Translations under genes and position numbers: made by a program
Shown: in pieces, positions 28,850 through 38,712 of the stretch
Layout: every line of letters begins with the position of its first letter
How positions within the stretch are numbered: the stretch's first letter is position 1
The notes under the pieces: generated by a model
The model's database searches: none
What the model saw: only the letters and a program-made list of their open reading frames with translations
What the model was told of the DNA's origin: nothing
Assembly (NCBI GenBank): GCA_963677485.1
Contig: OY781964.1
Location: forward strand, 1,632,001 to 1,696,000
From: Armatimonadota bacterium
GTDB taxonomy: Bacteria; Armatimonadota; HRBIN16
Length of the DNA: 64,000 bases
Direction: 5' to 3'

Positions 28850-30142
28850 ATGCACGAAGTTGAAGACAAAATCTACATCCATTATGTCGGGATCGACATC
28901 TCGAAATTGACGTTTGACGCGTCTGTATTAGGTTCATCGCACAAGCCGATAGACCATAAGGAGTTCAAGAACAACAAGGCCGGATACAAGGAGTTGTTGT
29001 CATGGGTGAAGAAGCTTACCCGAACTCCCGCCTTGTATGCGGCTGAAGCCACCGGGCCTTACAGCCGACCGCTGCTTGATTACCTCTACGAGCACCAGCA
29101 CGATGCTGTCCAACTGGAGCCAAAACGGGTTCTCTATCACCGCAAAGCCAAAGGCTGGGAACAAAAGACGGACTGCTCTGACAGCGTGCTAATCGCTGAC
29201 TATGTGAAAAGTCACAATGTCTCACTCTATGTCCCTCGTCTAGCATGCTATGATGCGCTTATTGGTTACACCAATGACCGCCGTATGCTGGTGCAACACA
29301 GACAGGCGATCGCCCAGCGCCAAAGCTGTCGGCTTACGCGGAGCACAGTGCTGGACGAGATGATCGCTTTTCATGACATGGGCATCAAAAAGCTTGATGT
29401 TCAGATCAAAGAGCTTGTGATGAGTTCACCGCAGATGACCGAAGATATGGCTCTGCTGAAGAGCATTCCGGGTATCGGCGACGTCACAGCAAGCTATTTC
29501 CTTGCGAAAATCGGTGATGCTAAACGATTTGAAACATCGAAAGCGGTCGCGCGCTATTTCGGAATGAACCCCTGCCCGCAACGGTCAGGAAGCTGCAAGA
29601 CATACGACGGCTCCATATCCAAGATGGGTGACCGATATATGCGGACATTACTCTACTGTGGATCGAGCACTGTGGTGAAGATGGTCAACGGTAAGTCGAA
29701 AAAGCTTGGCCAGAGCATGCACGACTTCGTGAAGGAACTGCAGCATCCGAATTTGGTAAAGAATCCCAATAAGAAACCGAAGTCCAAGCGAGTTGTCCGG
29801 TGCGCAATCATGCGCAAGCAGCTGGTGCTCATGTGGTCGGTATTAATCAGCCGTCAGCCATATGATCCAAACTTCGGCATCGAACAAGCTTCAAATGCGG
29901 CCAACCAGCAACCGCTGACCGACGCGAACGGACATGTCCAGGATCGTGCCGGAGCGGCCCATGATATAGCCGGTGTAGGCAATGATCCTGGGCTGGACGT
30001 GAGCGTTCCAAGACGGGGATGCGTGGATGGAAATCCCACCAATGAGCCCACTCCTGCCGGCGGTGGTCGGCCCGCATCCCGAAACCGGCCATCGCGCAGT
30101 CGGGTGGGCAACAAACCGAGGGTTCTGACACCAGTATCCTAG
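28850..30142 (+). CDS. IS110 recombinase (DEDD RuvC + Tnp serine domain) with long C-terminal tail
   Basis: VGIDISK, AEATG, KTDCSD, SIPGIG, PQRSGS, ISKMG; start at ATG 28850 behind GGAG. Confidence 0.93.
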   Translation: MHEVEDKIYIHYVGIDISKLTFDASVLGSSHKPIDHKEFKNNKAGYKELLSWVKKLTRTPALYAAEATGPYSRPLLDYLYEHQHDAVQLEPKRVLYHRKAKGWEQKTDCSDSVLIADYVKSHNVSLYVPRLACYDALIGYTNDRRMLVQHRQAIAQRQSCRLTRSTVLDEMIAFHDMGIKKLDVQIKELVMSSPQMTEDMALLKSIPGIGDVTASYFLAKIGDAKRFETSKAVARYFGMNPCPQRSGSCKTYDGSISKMGDRYMRTLLYCGSSTVVKMVNGKSKKLGQSMHDFVKELQHPNLVKNPNKKPKSKRVVRCAIMRKQLVLMWSVLISRQPYDPNFGIEQASNAANQQPLTDANGHVQDRAGAAHDIAGVGNDPGLDVSVPRRGCVDGNPTNEPTPAGGGRPASRNRPSRSRVGNKPRVLTPVS

Positions 30143-30413
30143 CTGCGGCAGTCTGCCGATAGCACGCATCGAAGCATAACGATATCTTTCGAAGCCACGA
30201 AGATGTCGCACGTTCGTTCGCGACTCCGAGCGTCATGTGAGGTGCTACGGACCAACTGATGCCATCTGAGCCTGTTTCTGTCGCGGATCCAGGTTTGGTC
30301 TATATGCCACAAACATCACATTAACGTTATTCTACGTGGTCTAGAGCCAGTGTCTGATATTCAGGTCCAAGTCCCCAGATTTGCCCCTGGGGACTTGACA
30401 AAAGCCACAGTAT

Positions 30414-33089
30414 CTACATTATCGTTATAGTATGCCTGCCCCTGCCCACCGGAATCAACAAAATGCCTGTATCGCCCTCGTAGCTGTTGGGCTGTTGGTA
30501 GGTATCGCCCACGGGTTTGCCGTCTACCGTGACGGACAGTGCCGACTTCACACCGGTGACCAGCACGGTGCCCTCATGCCAGAGCTCTACCGAAATCATG
30601 ACGCGGTTTGGGACCACGACTGGTCTGCCGATACGGCCTGGTGCGAACACGCTCCAGCCCCGCTCACGGATGTAGCTGTTATCGCCAATCGGGATGCCGG
30701 TATACAGCGGCGCGGCCTGACTCTGCACGGTGGCAGGGTTGATCGCCGGGGCGTTCGGTTTCTGTGGGATCAGCTCGATGGAGTCGGGCAGAAGTCCTTG
30801 CCAGTTGGGATTCACCTCGCGCTTTACTCCCTGTTGGATCGCGCTGATGGTGATTCCTCGCCAAATCTGATCCCAGGGCCCTTTGGTGTCTACCTGGGCC
30901 AGCTTGCGTACGGCATCGGCATACATCATGCCGCACCACTGCACCGGACGGCCCATCCAGTCCACCGACGTCCACTGCGTGGCTCCCCACACCGCGTTGC
31001 TGGCATACAGCCCAATCGGCCCATCCGTGGGTGGCACCAGGTAGAGGAACGGCACCCCGCTCCAGGCCCAGCGGATCGCCCGCTGCAGATACTTCTTATT
31101 GCCCGTCACCTGGTAGGCTTTCAGGTAGCACTCCACCAGTTGCCCGCTCGCCATGATATCTGGGCAATGGAGGGGCATCTCCCAGCCTGAGGCTCCGCGG
31201 GGGGCCGAGTTGTCGTAGCGGTCTAGAGCATCCGTGAGGCGAATGGCCTCGGCAAACAGCTTCGGATCACCCGTATACATCGCCTCCGTGTAGAGGTACT
31301 GCAGGGGTCGGCTTGCCAGACCGTTTGCGTGCCGCTCCCAGTGCGTGCTCGCAAGATCACGGCCTTCTGCAGGCTTGCCAAACAGACGGGTGCCGTCGGG
31401 CTCGAATGAGCGGATGTCAGCCAGCGCGGTTTCATGGGCGAGGCTGCGATTTTGGGCGATACCGCCAAAAACCAGCGTTTCGGCATAGGTGCGGATATGC
31501 CCCACAGAAGCCGCGTAGTATTCGCCCGGGTTTACTAGTTTCAGTGAACCCTCAGCGTTGTTGCGAAGCCGGCTGGCCAGACCAGCGTCCTGCACCTTGT
31601 CTGCCAGCCAGAGCTGCATCATGGTAGCATCCGCGGCGGGCTTGGTCGGCCACGGAGTTCCCGGTCCGGTGGCGTGCCGGTATTCACCCGCCTCCTGGAT
31701 GTCGGTGTCCAGCCAGCCGTGGGCCGTCAGGCGGGCATAGGACTTCAAGTCATATCCGCTGTCAGGCAACTTCGGCAGTCCGAAAAGCTGCACCCATCGC
31801 TGCATCGCGGTCAACACGTCGGGTGATTCGCCAGCCATGATCCACGCGGTGATGGTGATGGGCGTGTTCGCCTTGATCTCATCGGGCATGCGGCTGAGCA
31901 GCTCACCCGGAGGTAGTGCCTGCGGGTTGCGCTCGGTTTTGTAGAAATCGCTGACCAGCAAGCCCATCACGTGGCTTTTCGAGTTGAACTGCCGATCGGG
32001 GCTGTCGAACACCGGTTGTGTGAGGGGGCCGGGTTTCCAGGCGAGAGCGACATACTTGTTCTGGGCCTGCATCACCATCATGGGCACCGTCACGCGGATC
32101 GGGTCTGGTGTCAGCCGCTTGTAACCCGAGCTCTCGATGTCCCGCTTGCTGCTGCTGGTGTCCTTCGGGTCGAGATACTCCAAGCCGGGGAAGAGCGCCC
32201 GCTCACGCTTGGGGCTGAACAACACAAGTGCCGGCAGCAGACGCACCTTGCGGTCGCGGTCCACGCAGATGGTGGTGGTGAGCTTCAACAGCTCCTTACG
32301 GCCAGGGACTACGACGATGTTTTGCACATACTTCCAGGTGGCGCCTTCCGAGTCGGTGGTTATGCTTGTTGTACGCAGGCTTGTGGTTGAGCTGTTGAGC
32401 TGCACTTTGTCATTGAGAGACAGCAACCGATTCTGGCCCTTCTTGTCTACCCAACTGATCGCCTGCCTGTTCCAACCCTGCGCAACGGTGCTGCCGTTGA
32501 GGCTGACTCGGTAGTTTCCTATCCCAAGTTGACCCATCTCCAGCTTCATGGTCCCGCTGGACAGGCTGCGGGTCCTCTTCCAGTTACGCCAGTCGGATGG
32601 CTTCAGAGCGGGCTTGGGCAGTGGGGCCATGGGCGTCAGCCTCAGCCACTCGATCACGCACGGTTTGGTGCCTGGCGGATCGATGCGAAAGCCGGTCGTT
32701 GACGGCAGCGAGCGCACCCAGTTGCTGGCCTCCACCGTTTTCGCGGCGGGCACCACCACATGGGTGAACGTGCTCATGCTGGCCGCTTTGGTTGGGGTGA
32801 ACCAGAAGAGCCACACGGTCCCGCCCACGCTGCTTTTCAAGCGAATAGTGATTCGCACCGGCCAGCCCGCTGGGTACTTGCGCATCGGGCCCATGATGTA
32901 GGGATCTCCACCATTTGGCACCAGCAGCAGACCTTGAGGTGTGCAGGTCATTTTGCCGATGTCGTGGCTTAGCTTCCATTGCGCCGCGACCTCCGGCTTG
33001 CGGAAATCGAAAAACAGGCTGTTATCTGGTGCCGCGCAGGCCGCAAGCTGTGCGGTGAGCAGAACGGCGATGGCTAGGATGGCGCGCAT
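30414..33089 (-). CDS. Large secreted hypothetical protein, possibly carbohydrate-active
   Basis: 891-aa ORF, signal peptide, FRIDP CBM-like motif, helical C-terminal region (YQVTGNKKYLQRAIRWA). Confidence 0.65.
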   Translation of the reverse strand: MRAILAIAVLLTAQLAACAAPDNSLFFDFRKPEVAAQWKLSHDIGKMTCTPQGLLLVPNGGDPYIMGPMRKYPAGWPVRITIRLKSSVGGTVWLFWFTPTKAASMSTFTHVVVPAAKTVEASNWVRSLPSTTGFRIDPPGTKPCVIEWLRLTPMAPLPKPALKPSDWRNWKRTRSLSSGTMKLEMGQLGIGNYRVSLNGSTVAQGWNRQAISWVDKKGQNRLLSLNDKVQLNSSTTSLRTTSITTDSEGATWKYVQNIVVVPGRKELLKLTTTICVDRDRKVRLLPALVLFSPKRERALFPGLEYLDPKDTSSSKRDIESSGYKRLTPDPIRVTVPMMVMQAQNKYVALAWKPGPLTQPVFDSPDRQFNSKSHVMGLLVSDFYKTERNPQALPPGELLSRMPDEIKANTPITITAWIMAGESPDVLTAMQRWVQLFGLPKLPDSGYDLKSYARLTAHGWLDTDIQEAGEYRHATGPGTPWPTKPAADATMMQLWLADKVQDAGLASRLRNNAEGSLKLVNPGEYYAASVGHIRTYAETLVFGGIAQNRSLAHETALADIRSFEPDGTRLFGKPAEGRDLASTHWERHANGLASRPLQYLYTEAMYTGDPKLFAEAIRLTDALDRYDNSAPRGASGWEMPLHCPDIMASGQLVECYLKAYQVTGNKKYLQRAIRWAWSGVPFLYLVPPTDGPIGLYASNAVWGATQWTSVDWMGRPVQWCGMMYADAVRKLAQVDTKGPWDQIWRGITISAIQQGVKREVNPNWQGLLPDSIELIPQKPNAPAINPATVQSQAAPLYTGIPIGDNSYIRERGWSVFAPGRIGRPVVVPNRVMISVELWHEGTVLVTGVKSALSVTVDGKPVGDTYQQPNSYEGDTGILLIPVGRGRHTITIM

Positions 33090-33291
33090 GTGTGGTCTCC
33101 CTGGTTTGGTGGTGTGAGCGGGTTAGCATTCACCGCTGGTGGTTGGGATTCCTTGATGGCGAAATCAGACGGATCGGTCGGAACATTTGAAGGGCTGTTC
33201 GCGAACAGCCCCTACTAGACGCCGACTCACAAATATGCTTAGATGATAAATAGCAGCATCACCAGACTGGCTGGTCAAAAGGGCATAACAC

Positions 33292-35442
33292 ATGGATATC
33301 AAAAGTCGTCTGAGCATACTTCTTCCGCGGGCGTTAAGGGCCAGCCGCGTCAACCAGTTGCACCGCATCGTCGCGCCGATGACAAACACTATCTGGCAGG
33401 ATATCCCTGAGGACCAGCCGCTGCAGATACGCTGCGCGCTGGCGGAGAGGGAGCAGATGCGCCGCGTGCCCCTGGGCCTTTCCGCCGGGGAGTTGTTGGC
33501 AGGTCGCGTCGATATCGACATGCCCGACCCCAAGCCGGCCGAAGGTCTGCCCTGGAAGGTGCCCTTCCCAGGCGGCCAAAACTCGCACACCGCACTGGAT
33601 ACCCCCAAGCTGCTGAGGCTGGGCATTGTGGGCATCGAACGCGAAATCCAGCAGAAGATGCAAGCCACGGATGACCCCGCCAAACTCGACTTCTACCGAT
33701 CCGCGCTGATCAGCCTGGAGGGCTTCCGCGATCTCGCTGCCCGGTTTGCGGCGATGGCGGAGCAGCTCTCGCAAAACTCCGAGGATCCCGATGTCCGCAC
33801 AGAGATGGCCCAACTGGCCGAGGTGCTGCACCAAGTGCCCAATCAACCCGCGCGCAGCTTCCACGAGGCGATACAGGTCAGCCACCTGCTGCAATTCGCC
33901 GCCGGATTTGTGGTGATGGGGCTATACGGCCCCGGCCGGATCGATCGCCACCTGAGACCCTATTACGAAGCCGATTTGGCCGCAGGACGAATCACCCGCG
34001 AGCGGGCTCTGGAGCTGATCTGCTGCCAGTTCATCCACATCAACCAGATGTTCACGCTGCCGCAGCCGGTGATCATCGGCGGGCTGGGGCCGGACGGTCA
34101 CGACACCTGCAGCGACCTGACGATGCTCTGTCTGGAAGCGGAGGAGCTTGTGCAGTTGGTCAACCCGAGCCTGGCCATCGGCGTGAACGAAGAGACTCCC
34201 CGTGAGATTTTAGACAAGGCGGCCGCGCTGCTGCTCAGCGGGCGGACGAAACCCTCCCTGTTTGGCGACCGCACGATCATTGCCGGCCTCCAGGCGCGCG
34301 GCGTTCCGTATGAAGATGCCATCGGCTACGTGCAGTCGACCTGCGTGGAGATCACGCTGTCGGGCATGAGCAACATCCTGGTCGCCAGCCCATATATTAA
34401 CTTGATGAAGCCGCTGGAGTTCCTCCTGAACGACGGCAAGCAGATGGTGGGCGAGGAAGACAGGAACGACATCAACGGCTACAGCAGCATCGCGCCCCCT
34501 CCACTGGCGGTTTATGACCGGATTGAGGAGTTTCTGGACGGTTATTTTGAGCAGCTAGGCGGGAAGATATCCGATGCCGCGGAGCTCATGTGGAACACCC
34601 GCCGCAGCCGCGTGAAGGGCTGGGCCTATCCGCTGGTCAGTTGCTTCACCGATGACTGCATCGCCCGTGGGATCGACATGGACCACGGTGGGGCACGGTA
34701 TAACTGGACGGAAACCTCCAACGTGGGTCTGGCCAACATCGTGGATTCGCTGATGGTGATCAAGAAGAAGGTGTTCGAGAACCCGTTGTACAACCTGGCG
34801 GAAATCAAGCAGATGCTGCTCAGCGACTTCACCGATGAGACCAAACGGCTGGAGCTACTCTCCGGTGTGGTGCGATATGGGAATGATGAATCGGAGCCGG
34901 ATGAACTCGCTTCGCAGATCATCGAGCGCATCTATTCCGAGCACGCCCGACACAAAGACTATCTGGGCGGGGAGTTCGTGCCTGGTTTCTTTTGCTGGAT
35001 CATGCACCGCATACTGGGGGGGCAGACCGCGGCCTCACCCGACGGCCGCCGCGCTGGCGATGTGCTGGCGGATGGCTCCGGTGCGGGGCAAGGTCGCGAC
35101 CGCAACGGCCCCACAGCCGCCATCCGCTCGGTCACGAGCTGGGACCATCAGCCCGGACTTGGCGGGGTGGTGTTGAACCTGCGTTTCGCACCGCACAGCT
35201 TCCGCGATGCCGTCAGCCGCACGAAGCTGGTGGATATGATCCGCACCTATTTCGATCTGGGTGGGTTTGAGATGCAGGTCAATGCGGTGGATTCGCAGCT
35301 TCTGCGCGAGGCCCAGCAGACCCCCGAGCGCTTCGCCGATCTGCTGGTGCGGGTCGCCGGATACAGCGACTACTTCACGCTGCTGGACCACAAGATGCAG
35401 GAAGAGGTCATCAGCCGAACGCAGCACCAACTAGGAAGTTAG
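33292..35442 (+). CDS. Glycyl-radical enzyme (PFL-like family)
   Basis: PARSFHEAIQ, GRIDRHLRPYY, STCVE Cys loop, ASPDGRRAG, LLVRVAGYS. Confidence 0.92.
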   Translation: MDIKSRLSILLPRALRASRVNQLHRIVAPMTNTIWQDIPEDQPLQIRCALAEREQMRRVPLGLSAGELLAGRVDIDMPDPKPAEGLPWKVPFPGGQNSHTALDTPKLLRLGIVGIEREIQQKMQATDDPAKLDFYRSALISLEGFRDLAARFAAMAEQLSQNSEDPDVRTEMAQLAEVLHQVPNQPARSFHEAIQVSHLLQFAAGFVVMGLYGPGRIDRHLRPYYEADLAAGRITRERALELICCQFIHINQMFTLPQPVIIGGLGPDGHDTCSDLTMLCLEAEELVQLVNPSLAIGVNEETPREILDKAAALLLSGRTKPSLFGDRTIIAGLQARGVPYEDAIGYVQSTCVEITLSGMSNILVASPYINLMKPLEFLLNDGKQMVGEEDRNDINGYSSIAPPPLAVYDRIEEFLDGYFEQLGGKISDAAELMWNTRRSRVKGWAYPLVSCFTDDCIARGIDMDHGGARYNWTETSNVGLANIVDSLMVIKKKVFENPLYNLAEIKQMLLSDFTDETKRLELLSGVVRYGNDESEPDELASQIIERIYSEHARHKDYLGGEFVPGFFCWIMHRILGGQTAASPDGRRAGDVLADGSGAGQGRDRNGPTAAIRSVTSWDHQPGLGGVVLNLRFAPHSFRDAVSRTKLVDMIRTYFDLGGFEMQVNAVDSQLLREAQQTPERFADLLVRVAGYSDYFTLLDHKMQEEVISRTQHQLGS

Positions 35443-35594
35443 AAGCGAGGAGTTAGGAGATAGAATGGGAACGATATACAACCGTCTGTCCTACTCGTCA
35501 TACTCATCCTACCCGTCCTATGGGGTTATAGCTAACCACGAATAAACACGAATATACACTAATCTGGTAAACACCCGAATATAGGAGCCACAAA

Positions 35595-36743
35595 ATGAAC
35601 ACCTCCCGGCAGATATCGCAAATACTCGCGGCAGTCACCATGGCAGCCCTGGCCTGTATCGCATGCCGGCCATCGCTGGCCTGTTCTGCGTTCGTGCTGA
35701 GCAAGGGCAATGAGTGCGTGTCGGCCTTCAATGAAAACTGGCCGGGCGAAGCTCCTGGGTATGTTCTGCTGAACCAGCCGGGACGACAGAAGCGCGGCGT
35801 CACCGAATCTGAGCTCTGGGTGACGAAAAAGCTGCTGCCCGATTCGGATATCAAATGGACCTCGCGGTATGGTTCGATCACTTTCAACTGCTTCGGCAAG
35901 GACCTGCCGGTGTTTGGTGTGAATGAAAAGGGGCTGATGGTCGCCGAGTTGGCCTGGGGACAGCAGAAGCCAGGGAAACTGCAGCCGGGCGAGAAACCGA
36001 TCGTATGGCTCGCCTGGGAGCAGTATATCCTCGATCAGTTCGCCACCGTGGATGAAGCGTTCGACGACATCGTGAAACACAAACTTGGTGTGGAAACCAA
36101 CGGACATGAGTTTTTCGTCTCCGATGCCAAGGGCCGTTCGGGAGTCGTGATGTGCGATACCCAGGGCAACTTCCGCGTCTTCCGCGGCAAATCCATGAAA
36201 TATCCGCTCGTATGCAACAGCTTTCCCGAAACCGACCCCAATGAGCTCAAAGCGTACAAGGCCTTTGGCGGAAAACAAGAGATGAACAGCTTCAGAGCAT
36301 TTGGAGTGTCGGACTTTGGCCGGCGTTACGCCAACGGCGTGCACCTGCTGCAGGCCTACAACCCCAAGGCGCAGTGCGCGCCGGCCTACGCCTGGATGAT
36401 GCTTGAGGTGCTCAACCCGGGCGACTGGCAGCTTGTCTACGATGCGAAAGCACGGCGTGCCGCCTTCCGAACGGCGCGGAATCAACAGGTGAAATGGGTG
36501 GATTTCGATGAGGTCACCTTCGGCGCGGACAAACCGACGATGGTGCTGGATGTCCAAACCGGGCCTGAAGGCAACGCGCTCAGCCGTTTTGTGCCACTCA
36601 CACCGGATGCCCACCTGGCGATGCTGAAGCCTGCCTACGCGTGGGGCATGCAGGGGTCATCGCCCGATCCCGCAGGATTCGCCGCGGCCGGGGGTGCGGA
36701 GATGATCGACGTGGCGCACCAGTATGGCATGTTGACACCGTAG
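35595..36743 (+). CDS. Secreted Ntn hydrolase (choloylglycine hydrolase/penicillin V acylase family)
   Basis: Signal peptide then CSAF nucleophile, WTSRYGSITFN, GVNEKGL, QYILDQFATVDE. Confidence 0.85.
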   Translation: MNTSRQISQILAAVTMAALACIACRPSLACSAFVLSKGNECVSAFNENWPGEAPGYVLLNQPGRQKRGVTESELWVTKKLLPDSDIKWTSRYGSITFNCFGKDLPVFGVNEKGLMVAELAWGQQKPGKLQPGEKPIVWLAWEQYILDQFATVDEAFDDIVKHKLGVETNGHEFFVSDAKGRSGVVMCDTQGNFRVFRGKSMKYPLVCNSFPETDPNELKAYKAFGGKQEMNSFRAFGVSDFGRRYANGVHLLQAYNPKAQCAPAYAWMMLEVLNPGDWQLVYDAKARRAAFRTARNQQVKWVDFDEVTFGADKPTMVLDVQTGPEGNALSRFVPLTPDAHLAMLKPAYAWGMQGSSPDPAGFAAAGGAEMIDVAHQYGMLTP

Positions 36744-37610
36744 ATGAAGCAATACTCAGTGTTGAATGATCAGACAACGGCAATGGTGCAGCAACTCATC
36801 CCGCTGTTGCGGCAGTTCGCGACGTCCGAATACGGGATCGCCATCGGCGGGGCCCATGCGAAAGGCTTGGCAGATGCCGAAAGCGACCTGGACATCTACC
36901 TGTTTGCCAGCAGCATTCTGAGCAATGACGAACGCACGCGACTCACCGGCGGTTTCTCTCCAGACATCACGGACATCGTGACCTGGGGGGTGGAGACACC
37001 GTTCGAGCAAGGCGGGTCAGATTTCTACTATAAAGGCACTAAAGTGGAGTGCTGGCTCCGGTGCAGTGAGATGATCGACACCACCATCGCTGAGTGCCGC
37101 GAGGGCATCATCAAGCAAGAATTGGTGCGGTGGACCACCACCGGTTTCTATAACCACTGCTGCCTGTCCGACCTGCAGCACATGATCCCGGTTGATGATC
37201 CATTCGGCCTTCTAGCACGCTGGCAGCATGGGATTGCCGAATACCCGCCTAAAATGCAGGCTGCGATCATTGAGAAGCATCTCGCAGGCGCTCGCTTCTG
37301 GCCCCACAACTTCCACTACACCAGCGCGGTCGAACGCCAGGACATCATCTACACCACCGGCATCGTGCAGCAGGTCGTACACAACCTCATCCAGGTGCTG
37401 TTCGCCCTCAACAAAAGCTACTTCCCGGGTGACAAGAAACTCGCCAAAGCGTTGGACCGCCTTGACATACTGCCCGATGGCTTTGTGGAGCGCATCCAAG
37501 CGCTGCTCTTACCTGGCACACCAGCCTCTGTGGAGCTGCTCCGGCAGCAGCAGACCGCATTGCAGCAGCTGCAGAAGGATGTCGATGAGCTGGTCAAATG
37601 CAAAATATGA
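36744..37610 (+). CDS. Nucleotidyltransferase-fold protein (DUF4037-like)
   Basis: IGGAHAKGLADAESDLDIY; LFALNKSYFPGDK. Confidence 0.8.
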   Translation: MKQYSVLNDQTTAMVQQLIPLLRQFATSEYGIAIGGAHAKGLADAESDLDIYLFASSILSNDERTRLTGGFSPDITDIVTWGVETPFEQGGSDFYYKGTKVECWLRCSEMIDTTIAECREGIIKQELVRWTTTGFYNHCCLSDLQHMIPVDDPFGLLARWQHGIAEYPPKMQAAIIEKHLAGARFWPHNFHYTSAVERQDIIYTTGIVQQVVHNLIQVLFALNKSYFPGDKKLAKALDRLDILPDGFVERIQALLLPGTPASVELLRQQQTALQQLQKDVDELVKCKI

Positions 37611-37851
37611 CCATTCCTGCTGACGTATGGTGGCTGCACCCAGACTGCTTCAGCAGGCTTGGTGATCAGCAGCCGAGACATTTATGTCGCGGAATCGGAT
37701 GTACACAAAACATGATTACATTCGCGGGTGGTGAGCTGGCCCGCTAACGAGGAAACGGTCGTCTAATGTACAGATGGTCATCGCTTGACGGGTTATCATC
37801 ATACCCGCTAATATGTACCCATGAAGCCGTGTCACCAACCGGAGGTGTCCC

Positions 37852-38712
37852 ATGCCCAATTGCCCGAAATGCTCACATCCGCTGCAACCCTCTGACAAAC
37901 AGTGCCCCATCTGTGGTACCCCCTGCTTGAACCCTTTGGATATGGCCATTCAGATTGAGCAACGGCGCAAACGCACCCGTGTGATCGTAGGAGTGCTGTT
38001 ACTGTTGGTTTTGGTGGTGGTTTCGGCTTTGCTGGGCCGCAATATGTTCCCGGTCACCGTGGCCGAGGCTCCAACCGCCAGCACCGGCAAACTGCTGCAG
38101 GCCCCGCCCGCGCCTCCCATGCCAGGCGGTGTTTTGCAGGCACCCGGCAAAGATGTGCCCAAACCGGATGACACCGTGCCGGCCGATGTGATGGCCTATC
38201 TGAAACAGCTTCAGGTGATTGAGACCTACCGCCAGCAGATGCAGGGCGATTTGAGCGGGGCCTTGGGCATGATGGTGAAGGCGATGAGCCTTAAAACTGA
38301 GATTGATGATGAGGAGATGGAAAAGAAGAGCACATCACTGAGTCAGGATGCTCAGGCCTACGCCAACCAGTGGGCGGTACTGGCTCAGAATTTCGAGCAG
38401 ATACAGGCTCCACCGAGTTGCTCCGAACTGCACGGTGCCTACCGCGCCATGCTCAGCCAGAGCAGCGCATACTTAATTCAAATCCACTTCTCGCTGGAAA
38501 AAGCGATGACGGATCCCACCAACGCACTGCAGGTGCTTACTCAGATTCAAGCGGGTGCCTCACGCGATGTGGACCACCTAATCCTGCAGGCCAACCTGCA
38601 GCTTCAGACCGTGCTGGACAACAACAAAGTGCGGAAGTATTTCCCCGACTTCGAGGTTCGCACCGACAACGGCACCAACATCCGCAGCGTACTCGGCTCC
38701 TACGGGTTATGA
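37852..38712 (+). CDS. Zinc-ribbon, single-TM hypothetical protein
   Basis: CPKC...CPICG, TM helix, Pro-rich linker, helical domain. Confidence 0.8.
   Translation: MPNCPKCSHPLQPSDKQCPICGTPCLNPLDMAIQIEQRRKRTRVIVGVLLLLVLVVVSALLGRNMFPVTVAEAPTASTGKLLQAPPAPPMPGGVLQAPGKDVPKPDDTVPADVMAYLKQLQVIETYRQQMQGDLSGALGMMVKAMSLKTEIDDEEMEKKSTSLSQDAQAYANQWAVLAQNFEQIQAPPSCSELHGAYRAMLSQSSAYLIQIHFSLEKAMTDPTNALQVLTQIQAGASRDVDHLILQANLQLQTVLDNNKVRKYFPDFEVRTDNGTNIRSVLGSYGL

Larger units (their letters stand above)
28604..30415 (+). mobile_element. IS110-family (IS621-like) element
   Basis: CT core at 28602-28603 and 30414-30415; removal restores REP ...AACCGCCCCTAC; no terminal IRs. Confidence 0.9.

Noticed and set aside
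30125-30142. ctgacaccagtatcctag resembling a relic IS110 right end
   Set aside because: Short imperfect match, compatible with chance
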